From Azolla caroliniana (Eukaryota; Plantae; Polypodiophyta), in NCBI GenBank assembly GCA_043228905.1, contig JBHGNT010000137.1, positions 1 to 64,000 of the forward strand: a stretch of 64,000 bases of DNA, in the 5' to 3' direction. Below the pieces are notes generated by a model, which was given only the letters and a program-made list of their open reading frames with translations, ran no database searches and was not told the DNA's origin. Both the position numbers and the translations under genes were made by a program. This document shows positions 10,479-21,922 of this stretch, in pieces (position 1 is the first letter of the stretch; the number at the start of each line of letters is the position of its first letter).

Positions 10479-12635
10479 CTTCTCATACTCAAGAACAGAA
10501 GACCAAAACTTTGCTCCCACTTTCGCAGCTTCATTTTGTCTTTCTCGACTCTTATTCCGGCCGTTGCATCATAGTGCATCGCATCCACATGAGTCGTCTC
10601 AGCATCTTCCATAGACTTCTTCATTCCCCCTCTTCCGAAATTCACCCACAGGGGTCTTCGAGTTTTAGTCGAGCAGATCATGTTGTCATCTATGTATATG
10701 ATATTTTGTTGGATTGCCTCTCGAAGGCTCGCGCAATCCCTTCTCATGTGGTCCATGTTATCGCACCACACGCATCTAAAGGGTTCTTTCCCTTTGGGGC
10801 CCCGACGATTCATGTTGGCTAGTGTGACCATCTCGAACTTCTTCGCTAGCTCTTCGATGATGTCGTCATCAATCTTCTTTTCTTCCAGGTTGCTTTGTTT
10901 GGGCAGCTCAACTACTTTCGGTTGTCTTGTTTTCTCCACGACAGTCGATCCCGCCAAGTTGGTGTCATCAACCCACTGACGACGTTTGTCGAGCCTATTG
11001 CATGCTCGCTTCACCACGATCCAATCCGCTACAAGCCCATTCGCTTGGGTATCATCATCAAGGAGAGTACCCAGTTCTCGTCTATCCTTTATATCCACAA
11101 CCTTTAGGAAGTACAAAGTTTTGTCCTCCTCAAGTCGCACTTGGTTTGTGGCGGGGAGACGACGAAACATAAATTGGTCGAATTCGTCATACACCCTCGA
11201 ATCGCTCATCTTCTTATTCTTCTTTTCTATCCACTTCATCAAGGCATGTCGAGTCTTCCGTCGCGAACTCTGCTAATATCGCTTTCTCAAACTCCAACCA
11301 CGTTGTCTTCCCTTCTTGAAGTTCGATGACGCGTTTTTGGATGTTGTTGGCGACCACTCTCTTGAAACTTGTGATTTGCCACGCTTCAGACACGTCCCTT
11401 TGATTCATCTCCCTTTTGTATGCATCAAGGAACTTCGTAATGTTCCTTCCGTCGAATTGACCCTCGAGCTCTACAACACGATCGACGGCCTTCTCCACGC
11501 TCGTATCGTTGTCTCGAGATCTCATCATTTGTTCGACGATCAACATCATCCTTTTGAAGTCTCCCGCTTGATTGCTTGAGGACGCCATCTCCAAGTATTG
11601 GTCTCGACTTAATCCTTCCTACAACCTCTTTCACGTCGGGTTCACCACTTGATTATGTCGTGAAGATCCATCTCTATTTGTGGATCGTGAGGCGAAACCG
11701 CCGAGGTTCTGGACCGGAAAGACTCGAAGCACCCACTAGCTTTAGCGAGAAAGGATTTAAGATAGTTTGAGGGAGAGAGATTGAGATGGCGAGAGAGAGA
11801 TAGAGAGTGAGAGAGATAAGATCGAACTTTTAACTTTAGATTCGAGAGACAAGATATATCATCAATTGGAGAACAAATTTTTCTTCTTCTTAAATTCTTG
11901 AATCAAAACATAACATGTATCACCCATGCATATGATGCATGTGAGGGTACAAAACATGCATACAATGCATGGAATGCATGTGATGCATGTTTGCCATTTG
12001 GCGCTCCTGCATCACATCTCACTCAATTAAGCTCTAATATGAGAATTTACATGTAAAAATTATAATGATAGGGAAAATATTTCTAAAGAAATGACATAGC
12101 TTAGTGGTAAGTCTATAAACTTTCATTGTGGAGGTGGAAGGATCAAGTCTTCACTTGCACTCCTTTTGAATATACACACACACACACACACATATGCTTT
12201 TTATTATTAATGTATTTTTTACAAGGCATTCCTCCGTCCGGTCGTCGGCTCCGTCGATCGTCGTCGCCGGATTCGTCCAAAACACATAGTTGTTTGCATT
12301 TGGCTACATCCATACAACTTAACCTTTCTATGCTCCACACATAGACACAAAGACAATAGCTTTTGCTCTGCCTTATATATGGTGGGTTCCTTATTTGTCC
12401 TGTCTATGTGGGATATCACATATTTTTCTCTTCTTCTTTGCAAACTCCATACCCACATAACTTGACACTTAGATGTTCGTTTCCTACTTAGCAAAGTACA
12501 TTCGGAAGCTCTTCAAGACCTCCATCTTTTTGTACCAAGATATTAAACTTATTTAAAATAGTATCTTTGCTATTATTGTTTTATATTTCGTGAGAAGAAC
12601 CACGCTCGATTTCGTAGTCGAAAATCTTCACGACA
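10479..12635 (-). mobile_element. 5' part of a third tRNA-Trp gypsy family member: LTR 12635-11656, PBS 11647-11631, gag 11594-10479
   Basis: 12-bp terminal inverted repeat TGTCGTGAAGAT; PBS identical to 2696-2712; gag homologous to 2731-3700 (FDGRNITKFL, RCVWCDNMDHMRRDC, VNFGRGGMKK); truncated by the 10478 LTR. Confidence 0.9.
12090..12167 (+). ncRNA. tRNA-like Pol III cassette in the LTR of the third element (antisense to that element)
   Basis: TATAATGAT at 12061, TAGCTTAGTGGTAA (A box), GAAGGATCAAGTCTTC (degenerate B box/T arm), TTTT at 12164-12167. Confidence 0.5.
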
Positions 12636-13473
12636 TCGTTGTTGTAAGTTGTTCAGTTCCTGTTGGAGTTGAAGCTTCCTGGTTATGGTGCTTGCGGCGA
12701 AAATCTTCTTCAGGTTTCCCCAAGCATCTTTCGGCGTTTTTGCATCCCGAATGTAGCTTAGGAGTTGTTCGCCCACACAAGACGCGAATCAATACAGTAC
12801 TCTGTTCGCCGACTGTTCTCACGTCGGGAAATCTCTATGTGTCGATTCGGGTGTTGTGTCATTTGCTCCGTCGACATAGCTCCAGTATTCGTGCCCGAGA
12901 AGGTACTAGTGCATCTTGTAGGACCAAGACGCGTAGTTGTTTCTGTCGAGCTTCTCCGTCGGAAGCGAGCTAGCCATGCCTCTATCCATCAGTTTTACCT
13001 GTTCTTCTTGGATCGTTTTTCTTTCAAGTTATGTCAGCTGCAGAGGTTCTCAACCCTTGCGCTATGATACCATGTAAAGAATAGCGTGCAGAAGCAAGTA
13101 GAAAACCGAACACAGAAACGCAAGTTTAATGGAGAGCTTAAATATACATAGTACGCGGGAGAGACAGAGAGAGAGAGGACACACTAAAAACTCAATTCAA
13201 AATAATACTCAATCTGTACATAGGATGTGCTCAATGAGCACTTTTATACAAGCCCTGACTATCGGGCTAACACAAGTACTTACAGTACTTGAATGCTCAT
13301 AAATGAGCCTACTACACTAACTCCCAAAATATATTCCTACGCGGAATATCTTTCCAACGGCCTCGCAGTTTACGCACCACTACAACCTATTGTGCACACA
13401 GTTTTACGCACCCAATTTACGCACTGGGTTATGCACCCGATTATGCACCGAATGTTGAGCTTGTCTCTCAACA
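12636..13473 (-). mobile_element. 5' end of a Ty1/copia element: LTR about 13473-13073, Met-type PBS, gag start
   Basis: TGTTG...TTTACA; PBS TGGTATCATAGC at 13072-13061; gag MASSLPTEKLDRNNYASWSYKM ... KTPKDAWGNLKKIF ... LQQELNNL with stops; interrupted at 12635/12636. Confidence 0.8.
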
Positions 13474-16400
13474 AAAAGAAAGATATAAAAACTTATCCTA
13501 AGGCTTTACTCCAAATGGCATCCCTAATGTTAAAGGGGGAAACCCTATGTAAAAAAGTTATAGAAGTCCGTTTTTATAAATTTTTACCTTCTTTTTCCGA
13601 ACATTCTAGAGCCACCTATTTGTAATCTAGGCAAGAGCCTTCTCTCACTTCTCTCTCATTACTTACTCCCCTTAAGGTTGAGTACTTACTAGTCAAACCT
13701 TAATCACCGTCCTCGGCATGTTCCCCACCTAAAATGTAAACATTGGTTTGGACTTCTTAGCCAACAGTTGCAGAACATATAGAAGTGTGTTTGGTGGCAG
13801 GCACCTTGAGGCAACACATAGACAGATAAAATCAAATCCCTCCATTTAGAGCTCTAGAAAGCTAGAGAGTCAACACACACACACACACCCATTTGGTGGC
13901 TAACCACCTCCATCCACCTCGACAATTCAATGTGTGCCTTCTTGCCTTCATGTCATCCACAAGTGGAAACCCTCATAGAGCAATTCCACACAAGCCCAAC
14001 ACTCATTCAAAAACATTAGAATAGAAGCTTCAATCAAGGCCATGTGGGAACATGCTTTACAAAGCTAAGATTTCCAATGAGGCATTGCCCACCTTGTTGA
14101 ATCCTAGTATAGGAGCAATGAACATGTAGTTCTAGATAGCGTTAGTTCAAAGGAAACAAAGAATATTTGCAATTGTTATCGCCACTAGGCATAGTTTGTT
14201 CATGTCAAGTTGAATGTTTACAAGGATTGATTGAAATCCATTGAAACATTGAAGAGCAACTATTCACGTTGTTAACAGTAATCCCAACATCCAAACAATG
14301 AACATGTAGTCTTGGATGTCATAGATACTTCAGAGGAAACAAAGAAGATCACTCAAGATTATCCCAATTGGTTGAGCCAAAGTTGAATGACAATAGGGAT
14401 CAATTCAAGGCCAACAAAGGTTGACATTTATCTCTAATGATAATAGGTTAACTAGCAACATCAAAAGACCTTGCCAAGGATAGAGGAGGGCTTGTGGAGG
14501 AGCAACTAAGAGCAATGAATTATAACTTTATCAAGGTTGCATTGAAGATGGCAACCATTTCCGCATTGTTGCAAAACGAAGTGACCAGTTTCACTCGTAA
14601 ATCTAGTTCACTTGGTAGTTTGTCTTGTACCGCACTTGTTCGCTAATTTTTTTATCATCATCTTACATCTATAACAATTGTTGAGTGCACTGTGGAGCAA
14701 GAAGAGTGAAACTAGGCACTAGTATAGGTAATGTAGAAGGCCCACAATGATGCACAACACTTCTGACATATTGGACTCCATTGGACTAAGGACGAGCTAA
14801 ATTTTGCAAACCACAATCCTTAACCTTATGAAGGCCACCAACTCCAAGCAATAACCCAAGCAATGCATAAAACCCCCCACTTTTAAGAAAGTGTTCTCAA
14901 AACTCCACATCAATGTCATTTTATACATGGATCAAGTACTGCATGCAACGAGATGGCATAGTTGGGCCATAGATGGCATTGATCTTCTTGTGGAAATCAA
15001 ACATGGGATGAAATTGAGTATTCCAAGCTACCCATTGTTACCTATCATAGCCAAATTTTGGAAGATGTTAGGGTTATTGGACAAGATAGATGGGTGAACA
15101 TGAACAATGATTGTGAACAAATTGCCAAGGCAAATTGTGAGGCATTGGATTGACATCCCATAACACGTATTGATCTACTTAGATTATTTGAGGAGAAAAT
15201 TCCCCATTTTATATGCATCACATAGTTATGAGCATGAATTATGGTTTTTTCCTATGAACTCACTATTTCCAAGACAAGATCAACTCAAAATAGATTTTAT
15301 ACTTCATGGATCTCCTATCGTTGTGCAAAAGATTTATAAATCCTTTGCCTTCTCTAATACTATGCTCGTAATAGGGCTACAAATGTTAATAGAATTTGGT
15401 GGAGCTAAAGATTGTATATAATTATTATTTATTGAAGGAAAGATGTTTTATTTTGAATATATGATTATATTCATTCACATATCAATGACCTTCTTTGGTG
15501 TGGAAGGCAAAGAGCATATTTGAGATCAACATGGGACTTTAGGAACAACGAGTTAAACATGTGTTTTTCTTTAAAATAGTGCGTAATGACCTTGTAATGG
15601 CCAAACTATGTTATAAACGCCCTTGAGTTTTCAAAAAACTTTAACAACAATGATGATTGAGTAAGCTATATCTAAGTATCTACCTAAGATGCTTGGTTGG
15701 GTAATATTAGTTAGCAATGCAAGTATGTCGAGTCTAATACATAAAGTATCCTTATTATTAATGCATATTATATTTTAGTGCAACGTGGCCATGCCCGTCA
15801 AAAAGCTAATTTAGAGCCAATATGTGAAGTTGACTAATCATCCACAAACGTCCAAAATCAAGATAATTCTCATGACCATAAAACAATTTACTATACCGAA
15901 ACATAGAACGCAAATGACCATAACATTTTCTCTCTATCTCTCATAGATATGGAAATTCCACACTTTTTAGTGAAACAAGTTAAAGAAGTGTTAAGTATTG
16001 TGACAAAACGGGTTTCTTTCATAAAGTCTTTGATATGTATGGAATTTCTTGAAATAAAGAATGAAGATTTATGTAGATTCATCGATCAATTCCTCAATAT
16101 GAATGCCAAATAGAAGATAGATAATTGATCAAGGCTTATTATTCGATCTTGTTTATAGTTTGATCGGTAAGTAAATGATGAGACCTACTTTAAACGAAAA
16201 GTGGGACACCATTACAATGTTATTCTTTGTTGATGTATGGTCTACTTGTAACAGAAACATACATTGTTGATTATAAATATGAGAGGTTGAAAATATGAGT
16301 TGATAATAGATATTATCAATGAGAAAAAAACAAGCTTCTTTACCTACCATGCCCATCTACATATGCATGTTGATAGCCTAGAGATTTTCCAGATTAAGAA

Positions 16401-17254
16401 AACAAAATATCTAGCTTTTAAGCAATGCCAACTCATAAAGTTATGTGAAACATTTGCACATCTTGTATTTCATGTTGAATACATGCTACATGGTTGAAAG
16501 CTATGACGAGTATTTGTGTTGAGCCCTTAATAGTCTCGTCTGAATCCTTGTAATGTTGAGCTCACATTTTCTATCCATATAGAAAGAAAATGGAATCTCT
16601 ATCAACCCTTGACCTACATACACTATGCACATACTTCATGTCTGACCTTGTCAATAGATTCATTTCTATATCTCTAATATAGGGAAAATACCTCCCTTTT
16701 TGCCTTTTCATTTTTGGAGTGGAGTGTTCTCGCATATTGGATGTAGTGAAATGTAATGGTATAACACATTTTGGATGTGGAATTTGTGTCATAAACATAA
16801 ATAAGATACAAAGAAAATAAGCCAAGAGTATACATATTGCCATGACTTTGAGGCACGGCAATACATTCATTTTCACTGATTGACTTGCGAAAAGAAAATT
16901 TTGTAAAGCTATTATTTAGCATGGGTTGTAAGTATGCAAGATCTTGCCAAAACATTTGATGAAATTCTATTGCAAACCGACATGAACTGAAGTGCGTGGG
17001 ACTCGATCTTGATATATTAACCTTTATCGCTATACGCCAGGGTTATAAAGTTGACCTCATAAGTGCAAAAGAATCGATGGGGGTGTTGAAAGTCTCTCAT
17101 ATGATGTATAAAGGCAATGCTTTCTTTCCCCTTATGCTTTATCACATAATGTATTGTTTTATTTGGAGTAAGGGGCAGGCTTCATGGATGACGAGAACAT
17201 GTAGTGGGAAATAAAGCTTTCTAAAGCATACTATGACATGATTCATTAACCAAA

Positions 17255-17256
<2 letters not shown>

Positions 17257-17303
<47 letters not shown>
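17257..17303. repeat. (TA)n microsatellite
   Basis: Seen directly. Confidence 0.9.
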
Positions 17304-17306
<3 letters not shown>

Positions 17307-19087
17307 TAGAAGCATACATGTACATGAATCCATGATCAAAGCCCATCGAAGGATGTTGTCGTTAAGTAGCTGTGAAACTTTTATAAGTAATGGGGAATCA
17401 CATAGTATGCTTTCATAAAGGTAGAAAATATATTCTATCAAGTTAGACTCATATATTTAATAATAGGACTTGAGATTCATGGTTAGCCACGGTCACTCCA
17501 TACTTTACAAGTATGCAAAAGTGGAATAGTTTAATGAATCTTTGAGGGACCCGAAGGTATTTGGTTTGATTTACTAGATAATAGATTCTTGAAGAGTGGT
17601 AATGTGGCAACCTGCATGGTAATTAATTTCACTCACAAGGGCAATGCATTTGTTGGGCTTGTTGTCAACTCATGTCAGGCTGAGAGATGTCATAATCTCT
17701 CATCTTCCTTTATCTTCTTGCGTTATTAACTCGTCCCTTGACATAAACACCCAAGGAAAACAAAAAATGGTGCCTATTACACTCGGGGAAATGTTGCTAA
17801 TCTAAATGTAGTACTCGGTAGGGAAAAAAAGTACTACTTTCCCCTTAGCCTAAACGTGACTTTATGTTTTGAAACAAGAGAAATTTCATGTTTAAGTCCC
17901 TTTGCATGTATGCAATGTGAATCTCCCTTATGCTTGGGGTAGCAAAACTCATTGTTGTAAGGTTGAATGAAAACCACAATTAGAAGAGGTTTGCATGTCA
18001 CCCAAGATTATATGATCCTTCATGTCAACATAACTGCAATATAAAAGAATTCATCACTACACAAAGAAGGCAATAATGATCGAGTTACCAACACTTTGTG
18101 TAATACCAATTTGAAAAGAACCATCATTTTTCTTACTATTAGCAAGTTTGCTTCCTTTTATATCCTCCTCAACAAAGCTTCGGTGGGTCATTCTTGTTCG
18201 GAAATTGTAATAAAACCCCATGTGGCTTGTTTCGAGTTCGAATTAAATACAAGAGGGGGGAGGAAGGAGAGGTCAACATGCACAATCTCTATAGTTTAGA
18301 GCGATATTCAATTACAACTAAAACTGATTCGGTTTGTATGTAACAATCAACCACTAGGACAATTTGATACGTAGTGATGCCTTGCATAACAATACTTTTT
18401 TATTCCTTGTGAGATGCAAATCACACACAAATTTGGTTGAGAATTATTTAGTGCTCGAGATTGGTAGGCGTGCATACAATTGAATTTCGTCATGGATGCC
18501 ACACTAAATAATAAAAATCTATGGACGACTCCCTTAAAAACTCGTGACTTGATATAAACTATTGAATACACATAAGAGATCGAAGGAGAGATCACGATGC
18601 ACAACCCATTTGGTTTAGAATTATTTTCAAGTGTACCCAACATTGATTCAATTTCTATGGAACATCAACAAACAAGAATTGCAGAAAGATACAATACTAG
18701 ATAGTAATAAAAATTACCTTTAATCCTTCACGATTTCTAGATCACATACTATATCGTGAGGGATTGGTGGAGGTGTGTGTGTATAGTCTTGAATGGTACA
18801 AATTGATATTCAATTACAACGAGCATCGATTTGTTTGTATACAATGGCAACTGAAAATTGGGGCATGGGAGTTGACATGTTATGGGTACCAACAATTTTT
18901 TGTGGGGGGTTAAAGCATCATGAAAAAAAGATAAGTGATGCCAAAAGCATTCGGTGGAGGTGTGCACGACATCTCTGGTTTACAGAGCAAACATTGGTAA
19001 CAAAGCTCGACGTGTGGCAACGCCTTTTTATTTTTTAACTAAAGCGCAGGTGTGACGATTTGTCTTAGATGAGAAAAAGGATGAGTG

Positions 19088-19120
<33 letters not shown>

Positions 19121-19273
19121 TTGCTGGTGGTGGGTAGAACTTAGAAGATCTATCTATGGATGAGATAGATTGATATTGCTTCGAAGTGACGAACGATGAT
19201 GGAGAGGGGTTGGGGTGGGTGGGTGGGTGGGTTAATGGCTAGGGAACTAGGGTAAGCGAAGTCAATGCTTTTG

Positions 19274-19465
19274 AAGGCTTCATCAATTGGTGAAAGGCGG
19301 ACATGTGATGGGAACTGGGGTTTGGGGACGAGTTACATAGGGGGGGGGGGACCGACACCACCCGACACCAAAAGGCTCCATCAATCGGCGAAAGGCGGAC
19401 ATGTGATGGGATCCCGGGGTGGGATCGGGGTTGGCAATGGGTCCTGTGGTCGACCGACACCAAAT
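19274..19465. repeat. Diverged ~98-bp tandem duplication upstream of the F-box gene
   Basis: Two copies of GGCT(T/C)CATCAAT(T/C)GG(T/C)GAAAGGCGGACATGTGATGGGA ... GACCGACACCA. Confidence 0.75.
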
Positions 19466-19479
19466 ACGGCGAAGAAGAT

Positions 19480-19825
19480 GAAGAAGAAGAAGAAGAAGAA
19501 GAAGAAGAAGAAGAAGACCCATGATACCAACACCAAAGAAAGACAGAGACAGAGAGCTTCTTGGACCTTTTTTATATTTTGTCTTTTTCTTCCTCTGATC
19601 TGCTTTCTTCTTTCTTTCTTCTTTTCCTCTCTTTGTCTTTTCTTTTTTTTCTCCTTCTCTCTCTCTCTGCTTTCTTTGTCTGTGTCTGTGTCTGTGTCTG
19701 TGTCTGTGTTTGTCTTTCTCTTTCTCCGCCTCCGTGTCTGTGTTTTCTCTTTCTCTTTCTCTTTCTTTTCCTTCAATGGCTCTTCTTCCTCCTCCTCCTC
19801 CTCCTCCTCCCTTCCTCCTCCTCCC
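19480..19825. repeat. Microsatellite cluster (GAA)n, (TGTGTC)n, (TCC)n
   Basis: Seen directly; source of several spurious low-complexity ORFs. Confidence 0.85.
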
Positions 19826-20341
19826 AGAAGCATCACATACGCACTCCATGAATCTGCTATAAAACCACACGGAGAAGGCGTTGAGAAAAGATCGCCGCTC
19901 GAATGCAGGAGATTCGTGCTGTCAAATCCATCCTGTACAAGGAGCGCTTTCCTTTTTGTGTTTTAATTCCAGGCGCGCAGACAGGTAAGAATCACATAAC
20001 ATAAATCCTGGGCTCCTTTAGCAAGAAAAGAGATTAGTAAGAACGAAAGAGGAAAGAAAACAATCATGATCGCCTGAGAGGAGAAGGCTCGGCTATGGAA
20101 AACCAAGTGATTCCTATTCTTGTCCTCACAGAGAATCTTCAGATATTCTTTGGTAATACATCCCCCCCCCCCCCCCCCCCCATTTCCTTTGCTTGATCAT
20201 GTAGAAAAAGCAAGTCCCTGATGCTTTTGAGATCATGTAAAGAGGAAATACACAGGCACGCATACCCTCTCCTTGCAACGAATGATGATGATGCATCTCC
20301 TGCCGATCGACACAGGGTTTTCTGTGATATTATAAAACAGT

Positions 20342-21922
20342 ATGAGCTTCTCTGCAGAGACCATCTTTGAACCCCCAAACAAGCTCCCCCGTCTCTCCAT
20401 ATCCATCGGAGGACACCGCCATCCCTATCCCCATCATTATCATCACATAGCCTTGTCCTGCATTCATCATCACGATGTCTCAGTAGCCCTCCTGACGAAT
20501 GACGCCAGGGATTGTTCTGGGGATGGTCACTTCCAGTACCCATCTTCTCTCCTTGTTGTGGAAAGCGAGAAGGGAATCTGTATAAAGAGCAGCACTGCTG
20601 AAATTAACAACATCAGGAGGAAGAGCAGCAGCGTAGCCAACATTATTGTGAACGACGATGCCTTCTCATCATCATCACCATCATCATCATCATCAAAATC
20701 TTCATCATCATCATCACCATCTTCTTCTTCCTCCTCGATTCTCTGCCAGACCATAAACCCCCCTACCCTGTCCCCGCCCCCGCCCTCGCCTCCGCTACAT
20801 CTGGCTACCTTGCAATCCCATCTTTGGCCCCAACTGCCACAGGAGATAGTGGAGCACATCCTCGCCTTCCTGCCCATCCACACACTCTTCCGATTCAGCA
20901 CTGTATGCACATCGTGGCGCGCCCTTGTATTATCGCGCACATTCATGCAAAACCGAATCGTACTTCAAGCATCCTCCTCATTGTCATCAAGTGCCCTTCG
21001 TCATCATCACCACCGATATCATCAGAGAGCATACTTCCTCGCCCTCAATCGCTCGCGGTATCAACAACTCTCCTCTTACGAGGTCATCTCTAACAGGTGG
21101 TACACCTTCCCCTTGGGTTTCTTGCCTTCGGTCGCGTACCCTGTGTGTGCGGCCGGTGGCCTGATCTGTTTCCTCAGCCCCAATTTCGACACGGGCTATA
21201 CCAGCCTCATCGTGTGTAACCCAGTGACCAGGAAATGGAAGGAGCTACCGACGATGAATCACAACAGGGTGCCATTCTTGGTGTCCATGGTGGTGGACAA
21301 GGGAAGGATGAGCTACAAGGTTCTGGTGGCGGGGGGTGTGGAGGACTCGACGAGCCTCCACCATCACCGGAGGAGCACGGAGATGTATGATTCAGCTACG
21401 GGGGCGTGGGTGGAGTGCGGGTTGTTACCTCAAGGTGAGGAGATATGCCGAAGCATAGTGGAGTACCGGGGGTACTACGTGTGCCTAACGAGGGGGCCGG
21501 GTAGTGGGCTGCTAGCATTCAATGTGGAGAGCAAAGAATGGGTGAAGATGAGGACGGGCAAGATCCCGGGGTTCTCCAAGTTCCGGCACCTGGTCGAGTG
21601 CAGCGGGAACATCTTGGTGATTGGGAAGGCCCTGCGCCGGTACGTGCTGGGCCTCTACATTTGGTGCCTTGATCCCGGGACGCTGAGGTGGCGGGAGGTG
21701 GGGCGCATGCCACGTGCCATGTGCGACCGCTTCTTCACCTCACCCTCCGAATGCTTCTACTGCACCGCGCATGGCCACCTCATCTTCTTCTGCAGGTATT
21801 ACTACAACCATGGCCTGGTCTACAATACCCTGGACAACACATGGCACCAAGTCTCCGGCTGCCCGCTCCTCACACACCCTCTCCTCCTGCCCTTTGATCC
21901 TGGCTTGGATCCTGTGGATTAA
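20342..21922 (+). CDS. Intronless F-box/kelch-type protein (UFO/LCR/At5g15710-like superfamily), 526 aa
   Basis: F-box LWPQLPQEIVEHILAFLPIHTLFRFSTVCTSW; AAGGLICF, LIVCNPVTRKWKELP, TEMYDSATGAW, WREVGRMP. Possible 5'UTR intron 19985-20131. Confidence 0.9.
   Translation: MSFSAETIFEPPNKLPRLSISIGGHRHPYPHHYHHIALSCIHHHDVSVALLTNDARDCSGDGHFQYPSSLLVVESEKGICIKSSTAEINNIRRKSSSVANIIVNDDAFSSSSPSSSSSKSSSSSSPSSSSSSILCQTINPPTLSPPPPSPPLHLATLQSHLWPQLPQEIVEHILAFLPIHTLFRFSTVCTSWRALVLSRTFMQNRIVLQASSSLSSSALRHHHHRYHQRAYFLALNRSRYQQLSSYEVISNRWYTFPLGFLPSVAYPVCAAGGLICFLSPNFDTGYTSLIVCNPVTRKWKELPTMNHNRVPFLVSMVVDKGRMSYKVLVAGGVEDSTSLHHHRRSTEMYDSATGAWVECGLLPQGEEICRSIVEYRGYYVCLTRGPGSGLLAFNVESKEWVKMRTGKIPGFSKFRHLVECSGNILVIGKALRRYVLGLYIWCLDPGTLRWREVGRMPRAMCDRFFTSPSECFYCTAHGHLIFFCRYYYNHGLVYNTLDNTWHQVSGCPLLTHPLLLPFDPGLDPVD

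Noticed and set aside
11631-11647. tRNA-Trp gene fragment ending in CCA
   Set aside because: It is the PBS of the minus-strand element, adjacent to its LTR.
18055-18070. CACTA transposon terminus (CACTACACAAAG)
   Set aside because: No matching inverted partner or recognisable transposase could be established.
13500-18700. Genes in the short ORFs here (also 22500-25300, 31700-34600 and 53500-57000)
   Set aside because: No recognisable domains or consistent exon structure; probably decayed repeats that I cannot classify by eye.
19265-19966. Long overlapping ORFs (also 60732-61548 and 44991-45329)
   Set aside because: Artefacts of microsatellites lacking stop codons.
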